Origin: Planctomycetaceae bacterium
Lineage (GTDB): Bacteria > Planctomycetota > Planctomycetia > Pirellulales > Pirellulaceae
NCBI GenBank assembly: GCA_002726515.1
Contig: PBTE01000181.1
Span: 11,174-75,173 of the forward strand
DNA: 64,000 nt
Direction of reading: 5' to 3'
This document shows, one piece after another, positions 37,513-47,770 of the stretch; the stretch's first letter is position 1, and every line of letters starts with the position of its first letter. The notes under the pieces are model-generated. The model did not search any database, was not told the origin of the DNA, and saw nothing but the letters and a program-made list of their open reading frames with translations. The position numbers and the translations under genes were made by a program.

Positions 37513-38970
37513 CTACTTGAGCGTGCGGGCAACTTCGATCAGAGTCCGGACCATCACCCCCGTGCCTCCTCCGTCCATCCAGGGCTTGGCCTTTTCCAGG
37601 AACGATGGCCCCGCGATGTCGAGGTGGACCCAGGGTGTATCGTCCACAAATTCTTCCAGGAACTTGGCGGCGGTGATAGCGCCGCCCCAGCGCCCTTCGC
37701 CCACGTTCTTGATGTCGGCGATCTGACTTTTAATCTGCTGGCCATACTCGGGAAACATCGGTAGCTGCCAGATCGGTTCTCCCACGTTTTGCGCCGCACC
37801 TGTCACGGCGTCACACCACGCTTGATCGTTGGCCATGGCTCCCACCACATCGTTACCCAGGGCGACGCAGCAGGCACCCGTGAGCGTCGCCAGATCGATG
37901 ATCTTTGTCGCCCCCTGTTCTACGGCAACGTTTAGCGCATCGGCCAGGACGACACGGCCTTCCGCATCGGTGTTGTGGATCTCGATCGTTTTACCGCTAC
38001 GGGCGGTCAGAACGTCTCCCAGTTTGTAGCTGTCGCCACTGACCATGTTTTCGACCAGTCCCATGATCGCCACCACGTTCACCGGCAGTTGCAAACGGGC
38101 AATGGCCTGCAGCGCAGCCAGTACAGCGGCGGCACCGGCCATATCACACTTCATGGCCAACATGCCGTCACTCGGCTTGAGTGACAAGCCGCCCGAATCG
38201 AAGGTGACTCCCTTGCCGACCAGTGCCAGCGGCCGTTGGTCAGCACCTGCCCCCTGGTAGCGGAGGATCACCAATCGGGCCGGTCGCACCGAGCCGCGGG
38301 CCACTGCCAGCAGTGCGCCGCAGTTTTCCGCTTCCAGGCGCGCCTGGTCCCAGATTTCGCATTCGAGCTGGCACGCGTCGGCCACTTCTTGGGCCTGCCG
38401 GGCAAACGATTCGGGATAGATCTGGGCCGCCGGTTCGTTCACCAGCTGCCGCGCCAGGTTGACCGCTTCCCCCACGATCTGGCCCTGACTCAACTCTTCG
38501 GCGGCGGCGCCGGCCAGCAACACTTCGCCGAATGGGTGCCGTTTCTTTTCCGTTCGGTAAAGATCTTGACCCTGGCAACCGGTGATGACGCCAGCTGCCG
38601 CCGCCTGGAAGGTCTCGTCTGACCAGGCGTCGTCAAAGTACATGGCAACGCGCTGGCGCTGTTTCAACGACAAACGCCGGGCCGCGGTGGCGGCCACCCG
38701 ATAGGCGCTGCCGCGGGTCAGTTTTTCTTTTTCGCCCAGGCCGACCACCAGCACCAGTTGCGCCCTCACACCGGCGACGGCCAACAACGGAACGAGCTTG
38801 TTGGTTTTGCCCGTGATCTCCTTGGCTTCCAGCAGGCGGCCCAGCAGGCCGTCGGTCACCTGGTCGAACTGGGCCGCGTGCGCGGTCGGCTGGCCATCGG
38901 CATAGATTCCCAGGACAACGGCGTCGGCATCGATTTCCGTAATCTTCTCTGTGGCTGGCAGTAATTTCAT
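37513..38970 (-). CDS. pepA: leucyl aminopeptidase (M17 family)
   Basis: M17 signature 'NTDAEGRVVLADAL', plus 'GKGVTFDSGG'. Starts 'MKLLPATEKITEIDADAVVLGI'. The ORF extends to 39252 through a non-protein-like Pro/Ala/Gly-rich leader. Confidence 0.9.
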   Translation of the reverse strand: MKLLPATEKITEIDADAVVLGIYADGQPTAHAAQFDQVTDGLLGRLLEAKEITGKTNKLVPLLAVAGVRAQLVLVVGLGEKEKLTRGSAYRVAATAARRLSLKQRQRVAMYFDDAWSDETFQAAAAGVITGCQGQDLYRTEKKRHPFGEVLLAGAAAEELSQGQIVGEAVNLARQLVNEPAAQIYPESFARQAQEVADACQLECEIWDQARLEAENCGALLAVARGSVRPARLVILRYQGAGADQRPLALVGKGVTFDSGGLSLKPSDGMLAMKCDMAGAAAVLAALQAIARLQLPVNVVAIMGLVENMVSGDSYKLGDVLTARSGKTIEIHNTDAEGRVVLADALNVAVEQGATKIIDLATLTGACCVALGNDVVGAMANDQAWCDAVTGAAQNVGEPIWQLPMFPEYGQQIKSQIADIKNVGEGRWGGAITAAKFLEEFVDDTPWVHLDIAGPSFLEKAKPWMDGGGTGVMVRTLIEVARTLK

Positions 38971-39219
38971 CGGTGGTGTCGTTCCTGTTGTTGTCGGTAG
39001 AAATGTTGTGGGCGAAGAGGCCGGTCCGTTCTCGCCAGATTCCACAGTCCGGCGAGCGCTTCCAGCCGGGGCTCTTCGGCCCGTTTTGAACGGTTGGCCT
39101 GCTGCCGCCACGGGCCCTTGCGCATGCGGCGGAGACTGCGTCGCTGCACCGCTATGGTGACCGCTAAAACCCCGCTTGCAAAGGGGTAATTCGCCGCGCC
39201 ATCTGGTAGGATGGACTGC

Positions 39220-39945
39220 ATGTTCCGACCGGTTTTCATCCTGCGGGCGCATCTGGCCGTACTGGCAGCCCTGGTGGCCCTGACAGGCCCGCTGCCGGCC
39301 TTAGCGGGTGAGCAGGACGATCCTCACGCCACGCGCGATCAGCTCGAGAACCGGTTTCCCCCGGGTCAGGAGGTGTCGTTATTTGATGGCAAGCAACTGC
39401 TGGACTGGGAAATTGCGGCCGAGCAGATGTTTGACGAGCACGGCCCGGTCAGCGTGGTTGACGGGACCATCCTGTTGGAGAGTGGCGATCCGGCCAGCGG
39501 CATTCGCTGGAAGGGGTCCTTTCCCCGCGTCAATTATGAAGTCACGCTGGAAGCCAAGCGGATCGAGGGGAACGATTTTTTCTGCGGGATCACCTTCCCT
39601 TACAACGACTCGTACGCCTCGTTGATTTTGGGCGGCTGGGACGGTTCGGCCACGGGCCTTTCGAACGTCGACCAGCTATCGGCCATCGAGAATCACACGA
39701 CCACCTACCAGACGTACCGCCGCGACCAGTGGTACCACATCCGTTTGCGTGTGACACAGCGGGCGATCCGGGCCTGGCTGGACCACCAGCCGATCCTGGA
39801 CCTGGAGACCAAGGGGCACCGTTTTTCGATCTGGTGGGAGCAGGAGCCGCTGCGACCCTTTGGCATTGCCAGCTGGTACACCAGCTCCGCGCTGCGCAAC
39901 ATTCGCCTGCGGCGACTGCCCGAGCGCGGGGGCCAAGCCGAATGA
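39220..39945 (+). CDS. DUF1080 domain protein (3-keto-disaccharide hydrolase-like, secreted)
   Basis: Signal 'MFRPVFILRAHLAVLAALVALTGPLPALAGE'. Motifs 'LFDGKQLLDWE', 'WKGSFPRVNYEVTLEAKRIEGNDFFCGITFP' and 'WYHIRLRV', typical of DUF1080. Confidence 0.7.
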   Translation: MFRPVFILRAHLAVLAALVALTGPLPALAGEQDDPHATRDQLENRFPPGQEVSLFDGKQLLDWEIAAEQMFDEHGPVSVVDGTILLESGDPASGIRWKGSFPRVNYEVTLEAKRIEGNDFFCGITFPYNDSYASLILGGWDGSATGLSNVDQLSAIENHTTTYQTYRRDQWYHIRLRVTQRAIRAWLDHQPILDLETKGHRFSIWWEQEPLRPFGIASWYTSSALRNIRLRRLPERGGQAE

Positions 39946-39958
39946 ATTGAACTGAGTC

Positions 39959-41416
39959 TCAGGGTGTGAAGCTGGCCACCACAGAGGACTGGCGCACGGT
40001 ACGTGATCGCGGCTCATACACCCTCACACTGATCTGCAATCCCCTTAAATCGACCGGGTAAGGAGGCGAAGTCTCGCGCTCCCCGGGGTCATCTACTCCC
40101 AAGAATCCGTCGTCGTCAACCCCGTTGGTACCTTCATCGATAAAACCATCCTGGTTTTGGTCTTGCTGGTCCTGCTCGTAGTGAAAAGACCAGGTGCAAT
40201 ACGTGGGTTCGTTTAAGATTTTGGATTTAAGATGTGGCAATCCTGCAAATCCTCGCTCGTCCGATACGACGGGATCCCTTGTGTAATACAAATCAACGTA
40301 CGCGCCACGAGCTGCCGCCGTACCCTCGCCAACCCAGATCCAATCCGGGTCACTTGGCGCTATGATCTGACGATCCCCACCAGGATCCTGAACGGACATG
40401 AGTGGTGCAAACCGATCGTAAACTCGCACATCGAAGGCAAGCACCCGCGTCAGCAGTACGTCGTCCCCCTGCCTGTGACCCGTCAGTGGAGTCAACCCGT
40501 TGCGAAGAACGAGAAATGGAAATCCCAGGCTCCTGTCGCGGGCAAAACGATTCTCGCGCCGCGTCAGATCCTCCAGCGAATTGGCGACCATGCCACCATC
40601 TTCAAATCGCGCGGAAATATCGTTGCCCAAGATGTCGTCAGAAGTTCCTAGGGCACCATCGGAACCAACTCCGCCGTTGAAGAAATCGCTCCCCGTCAAG
40701 GACACCGTCGAGGACACTTCCGAGACATTGACGAGCTCTCCCGCACGGGCAATGTCGAGATGTCGAGGCAGTACCAGCAAGACCCGGCGGTAGAGCGTTT
40801 TCGTCTCTCCAAAGTCATAGATTCCATTCAGGTTCAAGTCATCCAAATGCGGCGTGAATTGGGTCCATAAAATAATTTCGGCCACTTCGGACTCTATCGG
40901 TTTTCCATCATACAGAGTTCCCACAAAAGGCGCCCCTCGACTTCGGGCCGTGAACATAATGAGATCATCATTGTCTCCGGGTCGCGTATCGAAGTAGGGT
41001 TCTTCTGCTTCCGGTTCCCATAGCCCATTGGAATTGCCATCCCATCGGTCGATGTCAACTATAGAGTCTCCATCGGCATCTTTGTCGGTTTGCAATCCTT
41101 CGAGGTACTCGATGTAGCCTGCACCGTTTTGCGGATCGGACCACGCCTTGCCCGACACGGTAATTCCATCCAGATCCCGTTGAAGAACAGTCGTCGCAGC
41201 GCGGACTTGGCCGTTGAGCTCGATGTTCATCCGTCCTGAATGGATTCCATCGCCCAGCAGTTTGAAGACTTCCGTCAGGACAAGCATAAACATCAAGGTG
41301 ACCACCACCACGACCAACAGTTCGACCAGGGTAAATCCAGTGCGATTCCCGTCGATATTGCGTGTTCTGCGCGCCAATGCAAAAGATGGAAAGAATGTTG
41401 CAACTTGTCGCATCAC
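39959..41416 (-). CDS. large (485 aa) pseudopilin with prepilin-type N-terminal cleavage/methylation motif
   Basis: '...NRTG|FTLVELLVVVVVTLMFMLVLTEV', i.e. G/FTLxE with Glu at +5. It is the last gene of the pilus-like cluster. Confidence 0.75.
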   Translation of the reverse strand: MMRQVATFFPSFALARRTRNIDGNRTGFTLVELLVVVVVTLMFMLVLTEVFKLLGDGIHSGRMNIELNGQVRAATTVLQRDLDGITVSGKAWSDPQNGAGYIEYLEGLQTDKDADGDSIVDIDRWDGNSNGLWEPEAEEPYFDTRPGDNDDLIMFTARSRGAPFVGTLYDGKPIESEVAEIILWTQFTPHLDDLNLNGIYDFGETKTLYRRVLLVLPRHLDIARAGELVNVSEVSSTVSLTGSDFFNGGVGSDGALGTSDDILGNDISARFEDGGMVANSLEDLTRRENRFARDRSLGFPFLVLRNGLTPLTGHRQGDDVLLTRVLAFDVRVYDRFAPLMSVQDPGGDRQIIAPSDPDWIWVGEGTAAARGAYVDLYYTRDPVVSDERGFAGLPHLKSKILNEPTYCTWSFHYEQDQQDQNQDGFIDEGTNGVDDDGFLGVDDPGERETSPPYPVDLRGLQISVRVYEPRSRTVRQSSVVASFTP

Positions 41417-41430
41417 ATCACCTCGTACCT

Positions 41431-44400
41431 TTACTCGATGAAACGGCGCAACAGTACCGCTCGATCAACGTTGTGGTTCTTTCCCGGCTCGAAAGCGACG
41501 GGAATCGTCCGATCGACAATATAAAAGGCACGGTGTCGGTTGACCTCCCCCCCCTCCAAGCCGCGCTCCAAACCAGGTTCACCGGTTTGCGGATCGACTT
41601 CGAAATAACCGACCGTGATCCAAATCGCATACACGTTGGAGCGCGTTGTCACCAGATTCCCCAGCCGCTGCAAAAACTGGTAGCGAAAATAGGAGTGGCG
41701 GCTGTAGTGACTGTCAGCGGCCGCTGATGAGTTTTGAAACAGGAGCCTGCCTCTGTCAGCGAAGACACCCGCGGGCCTTAACAGCGTGGCGGCAATCTCG
41801 CGATGCGTGCCTGGTAACAAACCACCTGGTAACATTCCACTTGGAAGAGTCTCGCCGATTATGTTCTCGATTTTCGGTACTAATTGGGCCGATCCAAATG
41901 CTCGAAACGGGTTGCGGAACAAGGTGGGAAAGCCACTGAAACCGACAACAGGGTCGCCGCTTTGCGGGTATCCACGGCGACTTTCTGCCAACTGCTTATA
42001 GTCTGGCCCGGCAAAACCGTTTGTGACAGCATTCCAAACCTTTTCACTGTAAATCGTATTGATGTTAATTCGACCCGGATCACGAAAATACGACAGTTGA
42101 TTGAACGGAGCCTGATACTTTTCAGTCGCCGCGTTGCCGGCTTGAAAGACCACTGGATTCAACTGCATTGATGTACCCAGGAATCGGGAAGGCACATGGG
42201 TCAACTCGAAAACCCGGAACAATTCTGAAGCATCGTTGTTCACGAAGCCCGAATTGAAGAAATTCAGCAAATGGCGATAGCGGGAACTGTTGAAATTAGA
42301 ACTCGACGACTGGTACAGAGTGGGGTCGACTTTCCAGGGTACGTCGCCCGAAGCGGGCCAGGTAAACAAAGCCGTCAGCCGGGCCGAGCTCGTGTGTGGA
42401 ACGTGCAACAACTCGAGGTTGTTGACAAAAGGTCGATTCAACCACAAGAGCCAAGGAAAAGTGTTATTTTGATCGAGTTGATAGTTCCTGTTGCGATATC
42501 CCATCGTGTGCTGCAATTCTTCTCCAGGAGGACCATTAGGTATTCCATTAGGTATTCCCTTGTCTCCCCGGCCCGATTCCATGATCTCAATCGTCGGAAG
42601 ATAAGCCTGCCAAAGAGTGTTGGTCCCAGGAGCTTCAAAGTCACCTCGCTGGAGCGTGACAAACCTATCAGCAACCGTATTTGTTCCCTCGAATTCGCTG
42701 GGCTCTGGTGGAAACGGATCAGCGCCGACCTCGGTTTCGGTTTTACTGTTAAACACCGTGAGATTCACATACATGGAGTCGATCGTGCGGTACGGATTGG
42801 CCTGAGAATCGTAAGGAATCAGTGGGTTGGCCAACCGTTGTAGGTGAATGACCCTGAAATTTTCTCGAGTCCCGCCCTTCATGAGATAATGCTCTTGTTG
42901 GTGATCGGAGTCGTTATCTATATCTAACGGCGTATCAAGCGGGGGATCATACGCCGTTCCATTGATCGGGGGGGGTTGATATCCAGCGATCGGCGCTGAG
43001 ATGTTTAAAACTTCCGTGTCGCTGGAAATTCCAATTGCCAGACAGGTTGCGGGTGGACCTGGAGGCTGGCCCTCTTGACTCACCGTGACCGAGTAATTTT
43101 GTGGATCGAGCTCGATTTTTCGCTTTGCCGGTAACTCGCTGACATAAACGTTAGGGTTTCCTTGCGTGGACTCTCTTGCCGAACCGAGAACCGCAAATTG
43201 ACCCGGCTCCAAAGTCATATCTTGCGCTGGATCCGCACCATTAGCCCAATACTGGTGTCCGTCATTCTGAATATTAGGATTCAAGGTCTCCGGATCCTGG
43301 TCGGTGAAATAAACACTACGCTCGATGTCACCCGGGTTCGGTTCATCGTCCATGCCGTTGGTGGTCACAATCAGCAACCGCCAGACCGGGTCCCCTTCAG
43401 CCGGATCGTTCTGCGTCCGTTGATTGAGGCGAACTCCGAGCAGCTCAACGTAATCGTAGTTTAAATCATTGGTTTTGTAGTCATGGTAGAACTCCGCTGG
43501 CCTGCGATCCTCGCCTGTCCATGGATTATAGAGTTCGATGAACAATGATCCGCGAGGGCGTTCTCTCTGGTCATAGTCGTCATCATGATCGTCAGGTGCT
43601 TGTGCCTCCGGATGTTCCGGATGATAACCTTCGCCACCGTCATCATTGTCCAAATCTTCCGTGCGACGATCATGAAACGCTAACGTTTCGGTGATCAGCA
43701 GTTCGGGACGTTCACAACCCCAAACGATCCTGCGCTCATTGGGGTCGTCTTCTTCATCGGCTTCATCAACCTCTCCATCGAAGTCATTGTCGCGCTCATC
43801 ATTACGGCCATCTGTGGCCGGATCTCCGTTGACGTGCCAGCCATTGAACGGATTGATATCAAACTCAAAGGGTGTCATGATCGAGTCAGAATCGCGGAAA
43901 TCCACCACATTGATGGCCCACTGTGCTATCCCGATAGCTGTTTCCTTGGACGCAAGAGGGTCGAGTTCTTCCAGCGGTCCATGAAAATCGATGGTTTTGT
44001 TGGGTTCTATCAGAGCCATCATCAAAACATACAAGTGCCGAGCGTAAAGGTGCCGAGCCAGTTGGTTTCCGTTAACAGCATTGCCATCGTTCTCCAGATC
44101 CATCCAAACGCCAGCCAAAAACTCCATGTCGGCTTCCGATGGGTCGTCGACGACCAGATTTCTCGGACCGTCGATACCCCTTTGGCCGTCAAAGCCATCG
44201 CCGAACACACGATTTACGTCAAAACGCAAACCTTTGAGAAGGTCGGGGGACAGGAGTTTTTCGAGTTCCAGGCTGATCAACGCCTCGTCGGTAAAACCGT
44301 TCTGACGGAGTAGGCTGCGGACTCTGTCGACAATGCTGCCGGGGAACTTTGGCACGGCAATGTCGTCGCCGTTAGCAATCTTGCCCGGGAAACTGGGTAC

Positions 44401-46287
44401 GGGAACATCAAAACCCTCTGTGGTAATCTGATTACGGTATTTTCTCGAAAAGTTCGGGTCAGCAGCGAACAGTTGGTCGATCCTCCCAACTAACAACGTC
44501 GACCCTGGGGGGCCGCCCGCATCACCGTCGTAGCAACGCAACACGCGTTCCAACTCTGCGGTGGAAAACAAGGTGTCCCGAGAAGTTGCAATATCGCCAC
44601 GCACTGAAAGGGTCGACAGCCCCATCTCATAAGGGCTATCCGTGTTCGGATAGAAGGTGTCGGGACCCTGCGTCTGTGGCCTGACTTTGTCATAAACCGG
44701 TTGTCCGTACGGGTTGACGGAGACTGATGTAAGGCCATGCAGGTCGGATGGACTCCCGAATCCGTGCTTCCAATACTGATCCCAATAGTCTTCCGGATGG
44801 TCATGAAAGGCGACTTCGGATGTTCGACTGTCCTCCAGCGCCGGCATCAAACGCTCGGCATTGGCAACGGTATCTTTACCGACTCGGCCCGGCTTGAAGT
44901 CAATGCCGTAGCGACCCCGTTTTCCGTTTGCTCCTGAAAACAACACCTCCGAATTCGGTCCTAGAAGCTCCTTCAAGTCAATTTCAGCGGGGCCATATCC
45001 CTGCCCTGCGGGTTGGCCCATTGTTGCAGGGTTCTTGGACACGAAACCTGACAGGTCTTGGTGGCCGTGCGCGTTCAGGTTCAGCCGCCCATCCAGATCG
45101 GTGCAGAGAACGGCAAACAGCGGTTTATAGATCCGGCCGTCACTGGCTGTCTTCGTGGGGTATCCCAGGTCCATCCAGATGCTGTCGGTAATTCCGTCGC
45201 TGTCGTTATCAACATCCCATTTCCTCTGAAGACTGGCCGGATTCTGTGGGTCCATGACCGGGTCAAACCAGGGGTTGTTCAGGTGGAATTTGTTGGCTTT
45301 TTGATTAGGGGCTTTGGTGCGATGGTTGGGACGAAAAGAAATTCGCTTATAGAGCGGTGGGTTGTTCGCGGCAACGTCTTCCCCATTCTGTCCGTTCCAA
45401 TAGTTGTTCAAGGCGCGCATCTGGAACGATGGCTTGATATCAGCCGCATGAGACGGATCTGGTGGAAGGATGGCCAGAAACGGATTCTGAAAATCAGCCG
45501 CGTCGTAAGACTCGTCCGAACCACCGGAAATAGCGTCCCACAAAATTGGTTCGGGCTGACCAGCTAAATTCGGAGAAAGTGCATAAGGTACTGCTCCATC
45601 GGATCCAGTCAGGAGTCCGTCGTCATCTGACAGAGTCGTGGGATCGTACCCTACCCCCGTACCGTTAAATGGCCGCCCGTTGACAAGGATGCGAGTACCT
45701 GACGGTAGATCGGTAACCAGATTGTAAATGCGACGATGACTCCCCTCTGGCAAAATCGCCACGCGCAACACAGGTTGACCAAAATCTGGATCTGGAATGT
45801 AGCCAACCACACGTGCGGTGACGCCGGCAGCCGGACCATCGAGCACCGTCAACACCTGTCCGTTGTAGAACCCGGCCGTGGGGCTGGGAACCAACGTCCC
45901 GGCATTGCCATAGATGTCCGTAAAAGTGCCCGCGGCGAGGGGCAGATGCAAAAACTGACCTTGGGTGGCTCCCGCTGACGAAGCACTGCCTGCCAACTGA
46001 CAAATGAAGCCGTCCATGCCGTAGAAGTCGGCCAGAATACTTAAACCGCGCAGTGGTGACTGCTGATTTCGCGTGTCCCGTAAAAGATCGTAGAACGCCC
46101 GGTCAAGTTCTTTTCGCGGGTCGTCTTCGGTTTGCTCCAGGGTCAAACCGACCGCGGAAGCATTCCGGTAATGATGGGCAACGATCGAATAGGTGACTGC
46201 CAGCAGCGCAAACATGGCCAGAATGGCCAGGACGACCAGCAGGAGCACACCGCGTCGCTGTCGGTTTTTTCTTGATCTTTTCAACAT
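41431..46287 (-). CDS. giant (1618 aa) GspK-like pseudopilin-domain protein with Asp-rich Ca-binding-type loops
   Basis: Start ATG (complement of 46285-46287) with AAGGAG 8 nt upstream. N-terminus 'MLKRSRKNRQRRG|VLLLVVLAILAMFALLAVTY' is a pilin-like leader + Gly + hydrophobic helix lacking Glu+5, as in GspK/minor pilins. The body has many DxDxDG-type loops ('DVDNDSDGITDS', 'DENDGNAVNG', 'NDERDNDFDGEVDEADEEDDP', 'DLDNDDGGEGY'). The ORF frame extends to 46458. Confidence 0.6.
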   Translation of the reverse strand: MLKRSRKNRQRRGVLLLVVLAILAMFALLAVTYSIVAHHYRNASAVGLTLEQTEDDPRKELDRAFYDLLRDTRNQQSPLRGLSILADFYGMDGFICQLAGSASSAGATQGQFLHLPLAAGTFTDIYGNAGTLVPSPTAGFYNGQVLTVLDGPAAGVTARVVGYIPDPDFGQPVLRVAILPEGSHRRIYNLVTDLPSGTRILVNGRPFNGTGVGYDPTTLSDDDGLLTGSDGAVPYALSPNLAGQPEPILWDAISGGSDESYDAADFQNPFLAILPPDPSHAADIKPSFQMRALNNYWNGQNGEDVAANNPPLYKRISFRPNHRTKAPNQKANKFHLNNPWFDPVMDPQNPASLQRKWDVDNDSDGITDSIWMDLGYPTKTASDGRIYKPLFAVLCTDLDGRLNLNAHGHQDLSGFVSKNPATMGQPAGQGYGPAEIDLKELLGPNSEVLFSGANGKRGRYGIDFKPGRVGKDTVANAERLMPALEDSRTSEVAFHDHPEDYWDQYWKHGFGSPSDLHGLTSVSVNPYGQPVYDKVRPQTQGPDTFYPNTDSPYEMGLSTLSVRGDIATSRDTLFSTAELERVLRCYDGDAGGPPGSTLLVGRIDQLFAADPNFSRKYRNQITTEGFDVPVPSFPGKIANGDDIAVPKFPGSIVDRVRSLLRQNGFTDEALISLELEKLLSPDLLKGLRFDVNRVFGDGFDGQRGIDGPRNLVVDDPSEADMEFLAGVWMDLENDGNAVNGNQLARHLYARHLYVLMMALIEPNKTIDFHGPLEELDPLASKETAIGIAQWAINVVDFRDSDSIMTPFEFDINPFNGWHVNGDPATDGRNDERDNDFDGEVDEADEEDDPNERRIVWGCERPELLITETLAFHDRRTEDLDNDDGGEGYHPEHPEAQAPDDHDDDYDQRERPRGSLFIELYNPWTGEDRRPAEFYHDYKTNDLNYDYVELLGVRLNQRTQNDPAEGDPVWRLLIVTTNGMDDEPNPGDIERSVYFTDQDPETLNPNIQNDGHQYWANGADPAQDMTLEPGQFAVLGSARESTQGNPNVYVSELPAKRKIELDPQNYSVTVSQEGQPPGPPATCLAIGISSDTEVLNISAPIAGYQPPPINGTAYDPPLDTPLDIDNDSDHQQEHYLMKGGTRENFRVIHLQRLANPLIPYDSQANPYRTIDSMYVNLTVFNSKTETEVGADPFPPEPSEFEGTNTVADRFVTLQRGDFEAPGTNTLWQAYLPTIEIMESGRGDKGIPNGIPNGPPGEELQHTMGYRNRNYQLDQNNTFPWLLWLNRPFVNNLELLHVPHTSSARLTALFTWPASGDVPWKVDPTLYQSSSSNFNSSRYRHLLNFFNSGFVNNDASELFRVFELTHVPSRFLGTSMQLNPVVFQAGNAATEKYQAPFNQLSYFRDPGRININTIYSEKVWNAVTNGFAGPDYKQLAESRRGYPQSGDPVVGFSGFPTLFRNPFRAFGSAQLVPKIENIIGETLPSGMLPGGLLPGTHREIAATLLRPAGVFADRGRLLFQNSSAAADSHYSRHSYFRYQFLQRLGNLVTTRSNVYAIWITVGYFEVDPQTGEPGLERGLEGGEVNRHRAFYIVDRTIPVAFEPGKNHNVDRAVLLRRFIE

Positions 46288-46565
46288 CGCACCTTCTCCT
46301 TTTGGCAAACCCCTTTGGAACACATGTGGCTCACACCGCTGCCATTCCGGTTTGCCTGACATTTCACCCCTGAAATGATTTTTGTGGTCGCCCGTCAACC
46401 GTTTTTCGTTTTCCCGCTCGCTTGGGAAAGACTGCCGCCTCGCTCGACTCGTCGCCATCGCAGCGCAAGCTGCGGCCGCCTGTCACAAGATGTTAATCGA
46501 GAGCTCCTACTTTCATGCACTGTTCGTCGTGCTCCGCTTTCCTCCATTTCACCGCTTGTTGTGTT

Positions 46566-47756
46566 TTAGGAGCCCGTAAAATCGAGCCCGATCGTCTTCT
46601 CATAGACCGTTTGGACATTCTCCAGGATGACGCCATACACGACGCTGTTGGGATCACCATCAAAAATTTCGTGAATTCTCGTGTCCGGGCCGTTCAGTTT
46701 GGCTGTTAGTGAATAGTTCTGCTGTACAAGAGGGTCCTTCTCAGGCTCACCAATGGTACGACTGACCTGGTACCACTGCATATAGGGCGAATTCAATTTG
46801 ACGAGCAGCACCCAATCACCGTTGGAGATCTCCAGATCGGTCAACTCGTCCGATGCAAACTTGACATCCACTCCACCCAGACTGATACCCAATCGTAGGG
46901 CCGTCGCTGGCAAGACTCGTTCGCCCGTGGTGGAAGTGATCCTTTGATGGAACAAAACGATCGATGCTTTATAAAAGCTGCCGTCGGTAGAAACGGGATC
47001 AAGCATTACCAGCCAGGAAAAATATCCGTTGGATTGCCGCCGGCGACTGATCGAACTGAACAATTGTCGTGGTTGTTCGCTGGCTCGGTCGGGGATTTCA
47101 AACACCAAGTCGTCCTCAGATCGAAACGTGTCGGCGGCAGCTACGCGATCCGCCTCTCGTAACGCAACCGTTATCTGGTTGCCCATTTGCGGGGTCAACT
47201 GAAGCCTGCTTGGGAAGCAGCGCGCGATCCCAGGCGACGACGTTGGTGGGAATCCATTCTCTGGAAACATCGATGCGTTAAAGAGGATCGGATCGAGCAC
47301 GAGAGGAGGAGGAACTGGCAGGGGTGTACCATCAATTGCACGCCATGTAAGGGTGGTCGGAAAGATCGGAGGGTAGCCAGGTAAGATCGTAATAGGGTCT
47401 CGGACGGGATTCCCTAGGTCTTGACCGAAGACAGGTTGTCCAGTGTTGTAAAACCACTTGTCAGGTTGATTGAGTCCCATCACCGTGAAGTTGCGCCAGG
47501 CACGTTTAGCGACCAAAGCGGCAGCGTCATTGATGCTCCCCTGTCTGGTATCGTGTGCCGACAGGGGCAACAACGTCGCAATTCCCACCAGACCCAGGGT
47601 GACCACCAAAATCGCCATCAGCACCTCGATCAGGGTCAGACCACCTCGACCAGCGCCCGATCGGATCTGGATCGACCTGTCCAGCCGCTGCAAGGCTTTC
47701 GATTTTTGACATTCTGCGACAAACACGGGTATTTCATCTCCACAAACGAACATCAT
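46566..47756 (-). CDS. minor pseudopilin (396 aa), prepilin-type N-terminus
   Basis: '...GAGRGG|LTLIEVLMAILVVTLGLVGIATL'. The leader is long from the first ATG; a GTG 10 codons in, preceded by GGAGATG, is an alternative start. Confidence 0.65.
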   Translation of the reverse strand: MMFVCGDEIPVFVAECQKSKALQRLDRSIQIRSGAGRGGLTLIEVLMAILVVTLGLVGIATLLPLSAHDTRQGSINDAAALVAKRAWRNFTVMGLNQPDKWFYNTGQPVFGQDLGNPVRDPITILPGYPPIFPTTLTWRAIDGTPLPVPPPLVLDPILFNASMFPENGFPPTSSPGIARCFPSRLQLTPQMGNQITVALREADRVAAADTFRSEDDLVFEIPDRASEQPRQLFSSISRRRQSNGYFSWLVMLDPVSTDGSFYKASIVLFHQRITSTTGERVLPATALRLGISLGGVDVKFASDELTDLEISNGDWVLLVKLNSPYMQWYQVSRTIGEPEKDPLVQQNYSLTAKLNGPDTRIHEIFDGDPNSVVYGVILENVQTVYEKTIGLDFTGS

Positions 47757-47770
47757 CTGTCGGCCAATTG

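Noticed and set aside
43834-45567. Several 100-170-aa plus-strand ORFs inside the giant gene
   Set aside because: Antisense to the 1618-aa pseudopilin-like gene; short and without features.
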